Under the pieces are notes generated by a model. It was given only the letters and a program-made list of their open reading frames with translations, made no database searches and was not told the DNA's origin. A stretch of 57,338 bases of DNA, filler included, from Streblomastix strix (Eukaryota), in NCBI GenBank assembly GCA_008636045.1. It is 3 parts of 3 records of this genome, joined end to end, with 100 filler letters (N's around TTAATTAATTAA, not from the genome) between each part and the next. Parts side by side here need not be neighbours in the genome. Positions count along the whole stretch, not along the records: positions 38,298 to 57,338 come from SNRW01000552.1; 2 more parts are not named here. One strand, given 5' to 3'. A program made the position numbers and the translations under genes. Positions 38,198-54,367 of this stretch are shown here, piece after piece (the first letter of the stretch is position 1; each line of letters starts with the position of its first letter).

Positions 38198-38297
38198 NNN
38201 NNNNNNNNNNNNNNNNNNNNNNNNNNNNNNNNNNNNNNNNNTTAATTAATTAANNNNNNNNNNNNNNNNNNNNNNNNNNNNNNNNNNNNNNNNNNNN
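38198..38297. other. Artificial contig spacer
   Basis: N44-TTAATTAATTAA-N44. Confidence 0.98.
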
Positions 38298-39908
38298 GCT
38301 CTTTCTTTCCCAATACGTTCAAATTACACTTCAGCTCCTAATCTTTCTAATGCAGTTTCTCTTGCAGCTTATACAGCACTAACTTCAACTTCATTTGCAC
38401 GAATTTAAGAAGCAATCTCATTCTGAATAAAAGAAATACATTAATAAATAAATAAATAAATAATAAAAAATAAAAGATTAGAAAAATAATAACAATCAAA
38501 CTTTATGATCTTTTTCCATCTATTCAATCTTTCTTTTCAATTCATCAGCTTCCCATGTTATCTTTCCATGAATGACTTTCACTTCACGTTCAGATACTTC
38601 AAGTTATCTATTCATATTACGTAATTCTTCATTCTTTCTTTATAATTCTGAAATCTCATCTTCTTTTTATTATCTAACTTCTTCTTTCTCTCTTTCAATT
38701 TCTTCAATCCTTCTTCTTGCTTCTTCTCTTATATTTCTATTCTCTTCCCTTATTATTAATTATTATTATCCTTATTAAGTATCTAATTCATCTATATGTA
38801 ATTATAATTAATGTTATTCTTCTCTCCATCTACGTTCTCCTTCTTCAGCTCTTTATCTTCCTGATTTTTGTGTTACTACTTCATCTCTCAATTAAATAAT
38901 CTCTGCTTCAAATGCTTCATTATCTTTCTATCAATCAATAAGATATGAAATAGGATATAATAATAAATATATATTAATATTAATAATAATATTAATATTA
39001 ATATAAACCCTATGTTAATGCTCACTCTCATCTAATCGTCTTCTTAGATCTTCTATTTCTCATCCTAGATTAACATTTGTTGCTCATCCTCTCTTTTCTG
39101 ATACATCAAGAATCTTGTTTTATTATTCAAGTTATTCACAGACTTGTTTAAGATGTTGAATCTCATCATCTTTATTCTATCTTAATATTTCTATTTCATT
39201 TTCAGAGCTGTTTCTCATCTGTCCCATTTAATCCTATAGTGAATATTCAAATTGAACAGAGTTTAAATGAAAATCAAAAGAATATTAATATATTTCATAC
39301 TGATATCTACCCAATCTGAGCTCGAGTTCGTTCATCTTGCATATTCAGCTGCATCATCAATTCACGATTTCGCTCCTCGGCCAGTTTTTGAGCAATTTCC
39401 ATCTTTCTCATCGCCTCATTCAGTTTGTCCAAGCGCTCAACTAGTGCTTATACTTCTTTTTCTTTAGTCTATAGCATTTGAATAATTTTTTCTTTCTCCA
39501 GAGTCATACGCGATGCAAGCTCTGCCTTTTCCAAGTCTTTTTATGCAACACTTCGCATCGCTTGGCTCAGCGTCTGGTCTTTCTCCGATAATCGAGTGGA
39601 CATAGTATGGATGACAACTTCCAGATTGTCTTCCAGCTGGTCGAATTTCGCATTGTTGCTTCGCTCGTTCGCAACAAGTGCGTTTTTAGCTTTACTCAAA
39701 ACTTGTGATATTCTCGCATATTCATCAGCACCACCTTTATATCATTTTGAAAAAAATACATAAAAATTGTTATGTTTGTTTTTGAAAAATCAATATTCAG
39801 ATTTTAAGGACCATTCTCAAGTAAAAAGCAAAATAAATAAAAAGCGGTATTTCCGCTACGCACACGGTCTCTCCCGGGCGTATTTCCACGCAATCCATAT
39901 TCAGACAT
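38298..39908 (-). CDS. Coiled-coil hypothetical protein, 3' end truncated by contig edge
   Basis: MSEYGLRGNTPGRD..., then E/K/Q/R-rich heptad exons (ADEYARISQVLSKAKNALVANER...); GT-AG introns. Confidence 0.65.
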
Positions 39909-39960
39909 GTAAGGCAACGTTTTTCGATTATCCAAGCGTTTTTTTATTAGACGCAGGCAA

Positions 39961-42449
39961 TCAATTATAAACCATGTACTTTGGTGTGGCTGAGAACTTG
40001 GCATATCCCTTGATGACTTTATCAATAGAATCTCGCATGTCCTTCTCTGATACCAACTGTATATAAAATATATAGGAAAGAGATATAATATAAATATAAA
40101 AAGCGTTATTAAAAGATTTTCAATACTTTCCGCCTGTCTCTGATCGCAAACATCCCTGCCTCTGTGCACACAGAACGTATATCAGCACCTGTTGAATTGG
40201 GACAAAGGCGGGCGAGTAGATCAAAACGAATCCCACGTTCACAACTCATTGATCGACAGTGGATGCGGAATATGCTTGTGCGGCCCTCCAAATCAGGAAG
40301 CGAAAATTCCACTTTCCTATCCAATCTACCAGGCCTCATTAAAGCAGGATCAAGAATATCAGGTCTTTACAAAATGAATGAATGAAACATAATGTTTAAC
40401 AATATTAATATTTAAGGAATAATTATGAAACCTGTTTGTAGCCATAATAACTTTCACTGCACCACGACTTTCAAATCCATCAAGTTAGTTAAGTAGTTCC
40501 AACATTGTACGCTAAACTTCACTCTCACCTGTATTATCTTCAAAACGAGTACCTATATATATTGAATAAGAGACATTAAATAAATAAAAAATATAATAGT
40601 AAATATTTCTCTTTTATTCAATGATTAATTATTTAACCTCCAATAGCATCTATTTCATCAAAGAATAGTATACATGCTTTCTTCTATTTGGCCAAAGCAA
40701 ATATATCTCGAATCATTCTGGCACCTTCACCAATATATCTGATTAATAAATATAAATATTAAATTATATGAAATAAAGATGCTTATACCTTTGCACAAGC
40801 TCACTCCCTATTATACGAATAAAACTGGCTTCTGTTCTATAATTATAAAATAATGAGAAAATATATTATAAAAAATAATATTGATGTAAGACCTATTTGC
40901 AACTGCACGTGCAGCAAGAGTCTTCCCCGTTCCTAATAAATTAAATGAAATTAAATTATATTGGAAATAAACAAAACAACAAACCAGGAGGTCCATAAAG
41001 TAAAACACCTTTTGGAGGATCAATTCCTAAATTAAGGAATCTTTCAGGCTTTTATTAATATGATTTAATTAATAAAGTAATATAATAAAACAAATATTAT
41101 AACATATAAACTGCATAATTGGTATATAAACCTTTAATAATGGGATTTCCACAACTTCTCTAAGTTTCTCAATTTATTCTTTACATCCCCCAACATCACT
41201 ATGAATATAAATAGATATAATTGAGTATTAATTAATATAAATGAATAATATATTCATATAAATAGATATAATTGAGTATTAATTAATAAATATGAATAAT
41301 ATATTCATATAAATAGATATAATTGAGTATTAATTAATAAATATGAATAATATATTCATATAAATAGATATAATTGAGTATTAATTAATAAATATGAATA
41401 ATANNNNNNNNNNTATTAATTAATAAATATGAATAATATATTCATATAAATAGATATAATTGAGTATTAATTAATAAATATGAATAATATATTCATATAA
41501 ATAGATATAATTGAGTATTAATTAATAAATATGAATAATAAACTTGTATGTAGCATCTGGTTTATCTTCAACTTCCATAAGTGACACTGTAGGATCAACT
41601 CGTGGAGGAAGAGGAAGCTAATTAACAATAACAATAATAATAATAATATATTAATAAATAATATTAAAATATATAATATAGTACATTAATAAATATAATA
41701 TAAATAAATATAAATAATATTATAATATATTTAATTAATATATACTTTTATTGCATGTTTAGCAATTTCACATCCAACTCTCATTCCTTCTTCAATGTCT
41801 GTTGGGGCTACATTATCAGCTAATCCTACAACATATTTTGCATGATGTCTAATATATATTATTAGTAGTATTATTAATATTTAGTGATATATTAATCTGA
41901 TGCATACCTAATATTTACAATATATTTCGTAGCTGGTGCCACATCTTACTCCAAGTTATCTGCACCTTAAGCTCCTGGCTACCCCGCAGCTCCTCCTCCT
42001 AATATTTATCCTTAGCCTATTCTAGGCTGTGGTGCAACTCTATCATAAGGATTCGGTTTTGAAGTGAATATTTTCTAGCACCTAGCCACAATTAGAGGTT
42101 GCTCCCTAAAAAAAAAATAATATTAAACCATAAGAAAATATAATAATAATATAATGTTTTTTTTCGTACGTATTCATTCGTTGTTAATCACTTTTTAAAT
42201 CCCATTGTGTAGGTGGTGCTAGGCCAGTCTCTGTTTCTTTCACACCAACTCGCTTCTTTATTGCTTCCACAAGCTCTTAAACTTCCGTCTCTAGTTTCTT
42301 ACAACTTTTATAAACAGGATCCTTTAACAATATAAATGTAGCAGAAAAACAAACATTAACGTAATTAATATAGCTAAACAAACTTGTGAGAGCTTTTCAA
42401 TTTCGTTCTCAATAATCGCAGGATTTGTGGTTGCTGTTGCGTTTGTCAT
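39961..42449 (-). CDS. RPT1: 26S proteasome AAA-ATPase subunit Rpt1 (PSMC2), multi-exon
   Basis: [68 protein letters not shown]-type Walker [33 protein letters not shown]-terminus KYMVYN*. Confidence 0.95.
41200..41541. repeat. 51-bp intronic minisatellite with a 10-N gap
   Basis: Unit ATATTCATATAAATAGATATAATTGAGTATTAATTAATAAATATGAATAAT repeated about six times in an Rpt1 intron. Confidence 0.9.
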
Positions 42450-42566
42450 TTATTCTAATCGAAATTTCTAAATTAAAAATTAATAATATAAAACATTATA
42501 ATGAAAAAAAGACAAAATTTTATATTGACAGCTAGCAGTGCTGAAAATTAAAAAATAAATTTTCCG

Positions 42567-44662
42567 ATGCAAATTCGCAGCTGGTTGACTGCCTATGGAT
42601 AATTGAGTTATATTTAATATTAAAATGATCAAGGGTGTATAATTATTAATAGTATTGGATTATGAAGTTCAATGGTATGTATTTTTAACAAAATGTATTG
42701 TCTACTTTAAATAGAATATAGGCGAGCATTAAACTAAAAATTAAACAGAGTTGAATTCCACCTTTAGCTGAAAGAATTTAGGCATATATATTTGAATGCA
42801 TATATTATATTATTTTATTTACTCTTACCACATCAATAATATGTTATATTAGGGTATTGTTGTGATTGGGAAGTCACAATTTGCGAGAGCTTTTCTGCCA
42901 CGACCCTTTAGTCTATCGATAAGAAATTACTCTTTTCAATCAAATAATACATTTTAAATCATAAAATCACAACAAATACCTATTTTATTTCTCATATTCC
43001 GATTATTTTACTCGAATTAATTTTTTTTAATTCTGAGCTGAATATTATCCTAAAATAAACAAAATAATATCATTCATGATATTTAATGAATTCACACAAA
43101 ATCATTTATCTTATTTTTATTAATTAACACTAAGAATATAAACAAATTCCATAGATTAATGAACAAGATGAATTCTTATTTCTAACATTTATATTTTCCT
43201 CATCAAAGATTTATTTTTTTTAAAGACCATTCTTAATATTCAATTTATTATTAAATTTATTTTCATTATATATTTTCTTTTTTTAATATATTATCAAATC
43301 TACAGCATCAAAGTGTAAAATGGAGAAAGACATTGACAGTGTGCGTTATTTATCACAAAATTTGTTATTTATTTTTAATTTTTAGCCACAAAGACAGGGA
43401 CTAAAGTAATTTGGCTTCGAAAAGTACGTCAATTAAAGACTATTTTACTTCCTTAACCACCAATATAACTTCTCAAAGAGGTTATACTTGCACCAATTGA
43501 CATATTCCGATTGAATGAGGACAATCCACAACCTGAATCTCAAATATTCAAAAGTGTTGCACTAATCCAGAAGCAAATACGAAATATAGATGGATCAAGT
43601 TCATTCTTTGGAAATGCAGTTGTATATATTAATGGTATTGGACAATTGAAGAAATAAATATTGAGTTTTCAAGATGCTGATGCCAATGTTCGTGCTAATA
43701 ATCAATATGAATGGTTTTTAAAAATTATTTTACCACCCGACGATGTTCAATTTAGCAGTGTGAAATCTGCTGGTATGTATACTCTAGCTTTGTCTGTAAC
43801 AGGATAATTATGGTCTCGAGGTATCAAACCAAATGGGACAATTGAAGAATCAGATCGATTTGCTGTTAATCCACATTTCTAAGCGAAAGATGGATTAATA
43901 CCAAGTTCAATAGGAGCCAGTAATATTATATCATATGCATGGGAAGGACATAGAGCAATTATTATATTATAAAATGGAGCTGTGTTTGCATATGGATAAC
44001 TTTAAGAATTATAAAGCTACGATAACAAAATTCCAGTTGAAGGTATTATTGAATTGACTGATAGTAAAAGGTTCTCTCCAAAGTTCAGTGATAAATTAAG
44101 AGGGTAAATATCTAACGATGTTGGATAGTTTGGAATATTTGGAACCCATAAAGTTATTAAATATATCAGAAAGATGAATGCATTTCTGACAGAAGGTGGA
44201 TTAGTCATATCTCGCTACTATATAAACACTCCTGGGAAAGTTTAATTACTATACACTCCTCTTGATCCTCAATGGTTTGGTGGAGAAACAGTAGTGAAGA
44301 TGTATCACATTGCGAAGGAAGCATATGTTCTATAATCAGGACGATTCATAGTAACTGAAGGAAATAAAGAAGAAGAAGCTCTTGGAAATGATATTAAGTA
44401 ACCATATGCGACAGGAAATTTACCATTCTCTCTGAATGAATTGTAGAGTATAATAATGATTTCTGAACCATATATAACATTTCTACGTAAAAATGGATAG
44501 TTAATATCAGTTCAGATGTTATATGCAGATGATAAATTGCCTGAAATTATTGATGTAACGTCACTTCCTGCTGAACTTGCTCGCGAAAAAGATGAAGATC
44601 AAGAAATGACAATAAAGAAGATTGGAAGATGCTCTTATTTTTGCTACATTCTGTATGAATGA
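42567..44662 (+). CDS. RCC1/BLIP-II-like beta-propeller protein; 5' exons uncertain
   Basis: A 1.27-kb exon (~43387-44662) is open with TAA/TAG=Q and has RCC1-like strands VKSAGMYTLALSVTGQLWSRG and HRAIIILQNGAVFAYG. Linking it to the ATG at 42567 is tentative. Confidence 0.5.
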
Positions 44663-44788
44663 TCAATGTATTTAATTTTAAGTTATACTTTAAATAAATA
44701 AATAGTAATAATAATAAATCAATATGTTTTATTTATTACTGCATTAAATGAACAAATCTCAAAATAGTAAATATATAAACTAAAAAAA

Positions 44789-47700
44789 TCATTGATAATT
44801 TTAATAAGGAAAATTAAAAGGAAAAATCCCATTAGTTTCCTGAAAAAGTTAAGATGGTTAAGTTTATGATGGAGTTGGTAAGATAAAGTTAGAGAATTGA
44901 TTTGCTTGATAAGCTGCTTATTGAGAGTTAGATTAAAGAAGTTAAGAAAATTGATCTTATTGTTGTGGTTAGTTTAGAACAGATTATTGAGAATTAGAAT
45001 TAAGAAGTTAAGTTAAAAGTGGATCAATTAAAGAAAATTATAATTGTTATTGAGTCTGTATTTATGAGGGGTATGTGAAAGGAAATTAAGAATTCGCTGA
45101 GTAATTTGTTGGAAGATTAAGAATATTTGTCTGAAGAATAGGCTAATAATAAATAGGAAGGTTATTTGGTTGGGAATTTGTTTATGTCATTAAATTTTGA
45201 GTATTGTATGAGTTCTATTCAAATACTTATTAAGGTTGAATGATATTTTGTAATGGAACTCTTTGTTGTTTTAAAGGAGAATGCATTTGAGGGTTCGGAA
45301 GAATAAAATTTTGTGACATTTGTGAAAAATTAGGTTTTTTCAATTAGTATTTTTATTGTGAATTCTTTTGCTTCTCCAATATTTATTTTTATTATTTCTA
45401 TTTCTTTATTATTCTATCATGCGCTCTTTCTGATTCTTTTCCAAATTCCCTTTCTAATTATAGGTATTTATCTATAATNNNNNNNNNNNNNNNNNNNNNN
45501 NNNNNNNNNNNNNNNNNNNNNNNNNNNNNNNNNNNNNNNNNNNNNNNNNNNNNNNNNNNNNNNNNNNNNNNNNNNNNNTTTATTGTGAATTCTTTTGCTT
45601 CTCCAATATTTATTTTTATTATTTCTATTTCTTTATTATTCTATCATGCGCTCTTTCTGATTCTTTTCCAAATTCCCTTTCTAATTATAGGTATTTATCT
45701 ATAATCTCTGTTTTAGTATTTAATGCATCAATTAATAAAGGATTTATTAGTACTGCAGAATTCTTGATCTTCGTGTTATCGGAGGAAGAAGAGTATTATT
45801 TATATTATTATTAATATTATGAACTTTTATCATTAAAGAAGAAATTTTCAAGAAGAAATTTAATTCTTTTACTCATATTAAAAAGTTAATCATATAATAA
45901 GGATTAAATAACAGGAAACTAAATAATTTCTCGATCTTCATTTTCGTTTCTGATAATAGAATTATTATTATCTTTTTTGCTGAGTGATACTTAAAAATTG
46001 AGAAGGAATTCAGCTCTGGAATAAGTAAATTATTAATATATACATGAATTGTTAATATTAATGTTACTAGGATGAGTTTTATTAGGATGTGTCTAATTAT
46101 AACTGCTGCTTTACTTTATATTTTGAATCACTTTATCCTGTGGATAATAATGCTTCTAATAGTAACTGAATGTATTCAACCAATGTGGAGGTGATAGCGT
46201 GGCGAGTTTATTAAGAGTAGGACGATGATTAAGAGAAATTAATTTGCAATATGATTTTAAATGCAATCTAAGAGATTAACTGGATGAATTAGAAAGAGGA
46301 TACTGAAATTTAGAAGAATATAAATTAAATATAAATTAAAATGTAGAATTTAATTACAAAGATTAAAAGTTTTGTGTCTACATTTGGTTTTGAGTTTGAA
46401 ATGATGATTATTATGAAATAAATGAAGATGGATAATTAATCAATGGCAGATCTGATGATGAAATTAAATTTGTCGAATTATTTATTGAATTATTTATGAT
46501 TTATTTCTCATTTTCAGATAGTACGAGGTCTACTAAGGAATAACATGCAGTCTCTTAAATTTGATCATTATAATAATTATTTGATGATTCCAAGTTATCA
46601 TTTTTATTATCATCTTATTCATCATCATAAATTGAAGATGAATTATATGGAAGAGATATTTATTATTCATTAACAACAATTTTATTTTAGTTATCAATAT
46701 TTGTAAAATGTTTAATATCAATATCATTAACTATAACATTCTTTTCTTCTTCTTCTTTTCCTTTTTAATTATCTTCAATTCTTCCTGATGCCAAATGTAT
46801 AAGCAGATTCTTAATTGGACCATAATATTGATTACTATTTTCATCAATATAAAATGAAAGCTTTCCCAAAGTCAATAATGAGCTAGCTTTAACCAGTGAA
46901 GACATTTATGGCTCAGCAATGATGAATACAATGATGTGCTTAATTCCATTCAACAAATAAATATCTGATTTAAGAGATTGTTGATCGTCCTTCAAACTAG
47001 ATATATTAGATTAGTTTCTAAATATTTCTCTAAATAATAAGAATTTGTTATATTAATCAATACCAATATTACGATAAAACTATTCAATACTTTCAATGTT
47101 TGATTCAATTTCTTCAACACCTTCCCACCAAAGTTATGGTTAAGATCGAAGAAGAAGAGAAAGTGATTATGAAGCTGCATATTAAACTACACTACAATCT
47201 TCTTATGACCATTTAGAAACTATACTATCAAATAATTGTCTTTAGTAAATATTGTTTAAAAGCAAAGAAGCAGATTGAGATGAACAAAGTGAAGATGTGT
47301 TTTAATTAATTTAAGTTAAGTTTTTGTTTATATTTGCAGTTTCCATCTATTATAATTCTTTCTCTCTTTTCTAATGATTTATAATAATATCTAATGGACT
47401 CATTATTTGTCCTAAATCTGAATTCATTTTAATAGAATATGCTAATTATAATTCAAAATAATCAGGAAGAAGGTCAATGTCATAACCAACTAAATCACAT
47501 GCTTCTTCATAACAGCATTAACAGATGTCTTTTGATTCAATATTAACCGTATCTTAATTAATTTGTTTATTTTCAGTTTTCTGTTTGTTACATAGAGGGC
47601 AACTTAAGCAGAAATCAAGAATAGGATCTGGAATAATGAATGAAAGTGGTGAATTCTAAGTATTTTCTTAATCATTGGATTATTCTTATATTTATTAATC

Positions 47701-49215
47701 AATAATTTAATTAGGAGTTTGTATTTGTTCTTATTTATTAATTTCTTCATCTTCAGTGAATCAAATCCTTTTCAAATCTTTATTTTATTATTAATCGATA
47801 TTATTAATTTATTCATTTAGTTCTTGATTTGTATTATTATTTTCTTCAAATAATCTCATTATTTCTTCTTTATTTATTTCTTCATCACTTTTGGAGAAAT
47901 TAATTTCATTTTTATATTATAAATGAGATTCAAAAACTTGATCATCTTTAATTTCTTCATTTCTTTTTCTTTTTCTCTTTTGTTAAAATGAAATGTTATC
48001 AAATAAATCAGATTATTCATTTTATTCGTTTTCAATTAATATTTGTTTATTATATTCAATTTCTTGTTTCTAATTAATTGTTTGTTCAGTTTCTGATTCA
48101 TTATCAATACCATAATCAATTCTAAAGAAGTCTGGAAGGATTTAAGAAGAATTATTGGATTATTCTTATAAATTAGAATTTTCTTTATTTGAGGTTATAT
48201 CTTAATTAATTTTTTCAATTTATTCAATATTTTCTTAATCTTTAGTGTAAGTATTTTGAAAATATTTTTCTTTACGCCAATTTTCTAACAAAAATATTTC
48301 ATCTCCATTATAATATTATTATTTAATCCCACGTAATTTCTTCCTAATAGAAAAGCGTCTTTGGTATTCAAACCCACCATCAATAAGATAATTCATTGAA
48401 ATTATGTATAATATACGTTCTATATTTACATCAGCCTCAACACGACCAACTGGTACACATGCAAAACCAAGAGATTTCACTCCAGCTGATCTTAGATGAA
48501 TATTGTTGCTTCGACATGCCTATCAAATTGGTTAATGTGAATATAAAGATAATAAATAATACAAAAGAATTCATTCAAACAGCAAGCCACCGAGGAAACC
48601 ATCTTGCTCGTAAAACTGAATTACTTTAAGACATTCGACCTGTTCCCTATAAAATTCCAAATACATTCGATATTTTTGTTTTTCTATCCTGTTAATAAAA
48701 GTAAAGAAATGAAATAAAAAAATAAAAATAAGAGAATACATTATAAATTCGTTCAAAAATTGATTCTATTTGATCTTAAAGGTCTGGATAATATCTCCCT
48801 ATGCGAGAAAGAGCACAAAAGGCAGCTTTTCTCACATACTAACTGGTCTCTTTATTCCACCAGCACATCTATATTTATATTTAAATGTTGAAAATGGCAT
48901 TAATTAATAATTGCAAACTCTTTTGAGAAGTTGCATTGATGCTGAGATCAAACGAGGCCTTTAATATGTTAGCAGAGCGAGACTTCGAATAGCATAGCGC
49001 CTTGGATGAGATCGAAATTAGTCAGAATTAGAAATAACACTTAAAATCTTTTATAAAACAGCATCATGTGTTACACTTTAGGTCAATCCCGATAAATAAA
49101 CTATTCCTTGCACCGCTTATCGTATAAGACGATAATCGGATGGTGGATTATTAATTATTTCAGCACAACAGTCAAAAGCATCATTTCTCAATGCTTCAAA
49201 AGATTTCTAATCCAT
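44789..49215 (-). CDS. Large hypothetical protein with HEAT/ARM-like N-terminus and low-complexity C-terminus
   Basis: MDQKSFEALRND..., helical repeats PRRYAIRSLALL, YVRKAAFCALSRIG, LRSAGVKSLG; four short 5' introns, then a long exon spanning a scaffold gap. Confidence 0.65.
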
Positions 49216-49914
49216 TTAAACTGAATTAATAAAGATTAAAAATAAATAGGGTTATTTCAAAATATAGTATTTTGAAAATAAATAGTACTTTTATAATTTT
49301 CAATTTTCCGAATGAATCGAGTTTATTTAAGAAAAAATTCTAATACCATCATATATATTAATAAAATAAAATCATAAAAAAATTAAGTAAAAAATCTGAA
49401 AGTGTTGATTATGTAAAAATTATATATGAGTGTAATAAAAAATGTACTGCCATATATTATAAATGTATTGCAATAAAAATAAAAAGGTTTGTAGAGCTAT
49501 CTTAAGAGAAATATGCAGTTTTATTAAAATAAATTTCATCCCTGTGATTTAGGCCATTATGTAAAAATTAATAGTTAAAAATTGTGTAATTGAGCTTAAA
49601 ATATAAATATTAAATAACCTAAATATTTAATATAAAATAAAAGTCAAAAATAAGTATGAAAATCAAGAAATATTGAATCTGTAGTTGTAACATGTAAACT
49701 GTTTTAATAATGAAAAAAATGTATTATGTTAAGAAAATAGACAAATTGGAACGAATACAAAACAATACAGTATTAATATTATATGGTTAATTATTATATT
49801 TTTAAAAAATTTAACTTGCAGGATAAAAAGTGTATATATTTGAAATGATCATGTTGAATGATTGTGAAAAAAATTATATAAATAAACTCTGGTGAATGAG
49901 TTGTAAATAATTAA

Positions 49915-51449
<1,535 letters not shown>

Positions 51450-51562
51450 TAACAACGGTAAAATTTAAAAACCTTTATTTTCATGTTTTGCATGAATTAT
51501 ATTAATATTAATATATTAATGCTATTATTTTATTCAAAACAGGCTATTATTAATTCAATTAT

Positions 51563-53949
51563 TCACAAATGAGTAGTTTTTCTTTTTCCTTACCGATGTT
51601 TTCTTCTGCGTTCACGGGCATTTTAAGCTACATATCGCCGCTCACCAACATGAGAAGCAATCATAAGAGCCATTAATAAGCGTTCATAGTCTTCTGCTTC
51701 GTCTCTGTGAGTAGGTCTTCTAATACCCAATCTGAAATGTATAGATCCATCATCCCATAAGTATCCTTAGAACTCCTTATACTACAAGAAATTTCTATAT
51801 CCTAAGGGCATCCCTACTTGAAATTTGGATACATATCCGCGAGAGAATGTTTATGGTGCTATATATCCTTAGGGTGCACTACTATTTTATTCTTCAGAGT
51901 TTTATTTCTTATCTTTTATTCCTTTAAGTTCATCAGTTTATGGCTATGAAAGTACTTCTACACGCCAATCAAATGCATGTTAAGGAAATAGCTATCCTAC
52001 ATTTGAACCATCTGTATTTTCAAGGATACGCTCAAATATTGGAGGAACTTGAAGAGATTTACTTATTATATTTTGTGGATCTTTATCATTAGTTTTTTAT
52101 TTGCTTTTTTTATCTTTAGATTTCTCTTTAATTAATAAATCATCAGAGTCTTTTAGAGCTTATTTTAATCTTGAAATATATACTTCATCATCTTTAGTAG
52201 ATCCATCTTTCTCAATCTCATTGGTAATATCTGCAAGTTCCTATTCTAATTCTTCTTTTTATTCTTCTTCTATCATCTTCTTCTCTTCAAAATCATATTC
52301 ATCTTCTTCTTATTCAACATCTTATTCTCCATTATTTGATTATCCAATCTTTTATTTACTCTCGAAACCTGCTTTTATTCTACGAAGAGGCTTATAACAC
52401 CAATCGGGAAATGCTTCTAATAATTCTAAATATACACCAAGAGTTTTCTCTTTCATCATTTTTGTCTATTTAACAAACAAATAAATAAATAACATTAGTA
52501 ATATTTCTATCAAATCAAACCGATTTAGTCTTTGGATCAACAACACGCACTTGAATACCATTCTGCTCCTCCCTTGCAAATATCTGACATCTGAACAAGT
52601 AAGGAAATGGAGACAGATGGAAAGTAGGAGAGAAGAGGGGTGCATTAGAAGGACATTATTGGATGAAGTCTTAGAAGCAGAAATAGAAACATGTAAATGG
52701 AGGAGCTAATGGAGTCAATGCCATCATTGGTGGGAATTGGGATGGAGGTTACTTCTTCATTAATGAATTGATGACTGGAGATACTTTCTGATTCTTATCT
52801 TTTGAATCTTCCTTTTCTGATTTAGGTTATTCAATTTGTGTTTCATCATCCATTGTTCCAAATATTTTCTCAAGCATTTCTCCAAATTCTTTCCTTGTAT
52901 TTAGATTTGGTCCTTTATATTGTTTCCTTTCTTCTTCTTCAAGTTCTTTTACATATTCAGGAATTACACTGAAAATATCATTGGGGAAATATGTTGTAGG
53001 GAATCGTGTGTGATCAGGAGGTTATGGAAATGGATCTTTATCAATCCAATATGATCTTTATAATATCTAACAATAAATCAATAATATAATATAAATAATA
53101 ATAATAGTAAATTAGTCAATAAACAAACTTCATTTGCTTTATCAATCATCGTTGTTTTCTATTCAACTATTTCTGAGTCACTTTCACTTTTGAGTTTAGT
53201 GTCAATATCTTCTGCTTCTTCTTTAAGCATTTCAATTGTCTTATTTAAACGAGCTTTATATAATTAAATAGAAACCAAACTCTATTATGAATCCTTCTCC
53301 AATTCTTCCTTCATCTTCTTCAAAGTATTGTCCAATCCAGTAACAGATGCAGCTGATTATTGCTTTGAATCTTCTTATTCTCTCTCAAGGGTCTTCTTTA
53401 TAGCATCTATGTCCTCCATTCTTGTCATCATGTCTCTTTTAGCTTATTCAATTTCTTCTTCACAGATCTTCCTTACTTCTGAAACTGTCTTTATATCGTG
53501 ACCTTTGTGAAGTGGAGATACTATTACACAGTCAGGACATACAGAAACTTTGCAATTGTTACAAAAGTAATCTAATATATGATTAGGATGCTCTTTACAG
53601 GGCGAATTTGCTTTCTTCTTTGCTACCACAAGTGGCGTAATTTCCTGAAATATTCAAAACAGGCAATTTTACAATTTAAAAAATTTTAATTTTAATATAC
53701 TTCTGATATCCCAGAGACGAAACGAGAAATATCCATCAAGTCTGTCGATGATATCCTCTTACGGCAATGTGGACAGCTGGTACTAGTCTACATCCATTTT
53801 CTGATGCAGGTACTACATGAAATATTGGTGCAGCATTTTGTCAATACCGGATTTTTTGCCATTCGCAAACAGATAAAACAATTAAGACTACGTATATTCT
53901 AAGAATTTTCTTCCTCTTCTTCATCTTCTTCTTGGGTTTGTTTTGTCAT
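51563..53949 (-). CDS. TRIM37-like E3 ligase (RING, B-box, coiled coil, MATH)
   Basis: RING CFIC...CC...CSTCIRKW...CPHCR; B-box CKEH...YFCNNCKVSVCPDC...HKGH; MATH-like LGVYLEL, FDWRVEVL, FQVGMPLGYRNFL, GYLWDDGSIHFRLGIRRPT. Confidence 0.75.
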
Positions 53950-54367
53950 CCTATAAACTTTACTATTGTAAGTAAAAAAGCAAAAAAAAGCTAAAGTTAA
54001 TATAAAATTATAAAATTATTTTTATTTTATTAATGAAGTCAATACAATCATTTACAGCGTGCAATAAAAATTATATTTCTTATGTTATACTGTTAGAAAA
54101 ACAACAATTATATATATTTTTTTATTTTTCGATTATTAGTATATTATGCAGGTATTTATAATGATTTATTTGTTGATTTGGGGTATAATATACATAATAA
54201 AGTATAAAAATATAATTGGACAAGACCAAAATAATTTTAATATATATTTGTGCATAAAAAATAAATTTTTATTAAGTATTGCCTTATCTTTCTTAAATAC
54301 ACTGCAGGCTTATCATCATTGCTTATAAATATATACAATTAAAATTAAAATTATATTTTTACTATTT

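Noticed and set aside
32786..39467. Hydrophobic Leu/Ile/Phe/Ser-rich track ORFs that look like membrane proteins
   Set aside because: Antisense or off-frame shadows of Gln/Glu/Lys-rich minus-strand genes and of the (AAT)n microsatellite.
41200..41541. 51-bp repeat with palindromic ends as a structured RNA array
   Set aside because: Nearly pure AT, identical units without spacers, inside an intron with an assembly gap; an ordinary minisatellite.
45352..45705. 127-bp exact direct repeat flanking a 100-N gap
   Set aside because: Unmerged contig overlap; collapsing it should restore one continuous exon.
51450..51565. Possible TRIM37-like/Rvb1 fusion by TAA readthrough
   Set aside because: The TRIM37-like frame ends at TGA (51563-51565); the open frame leading into Rvb1 is a different one.
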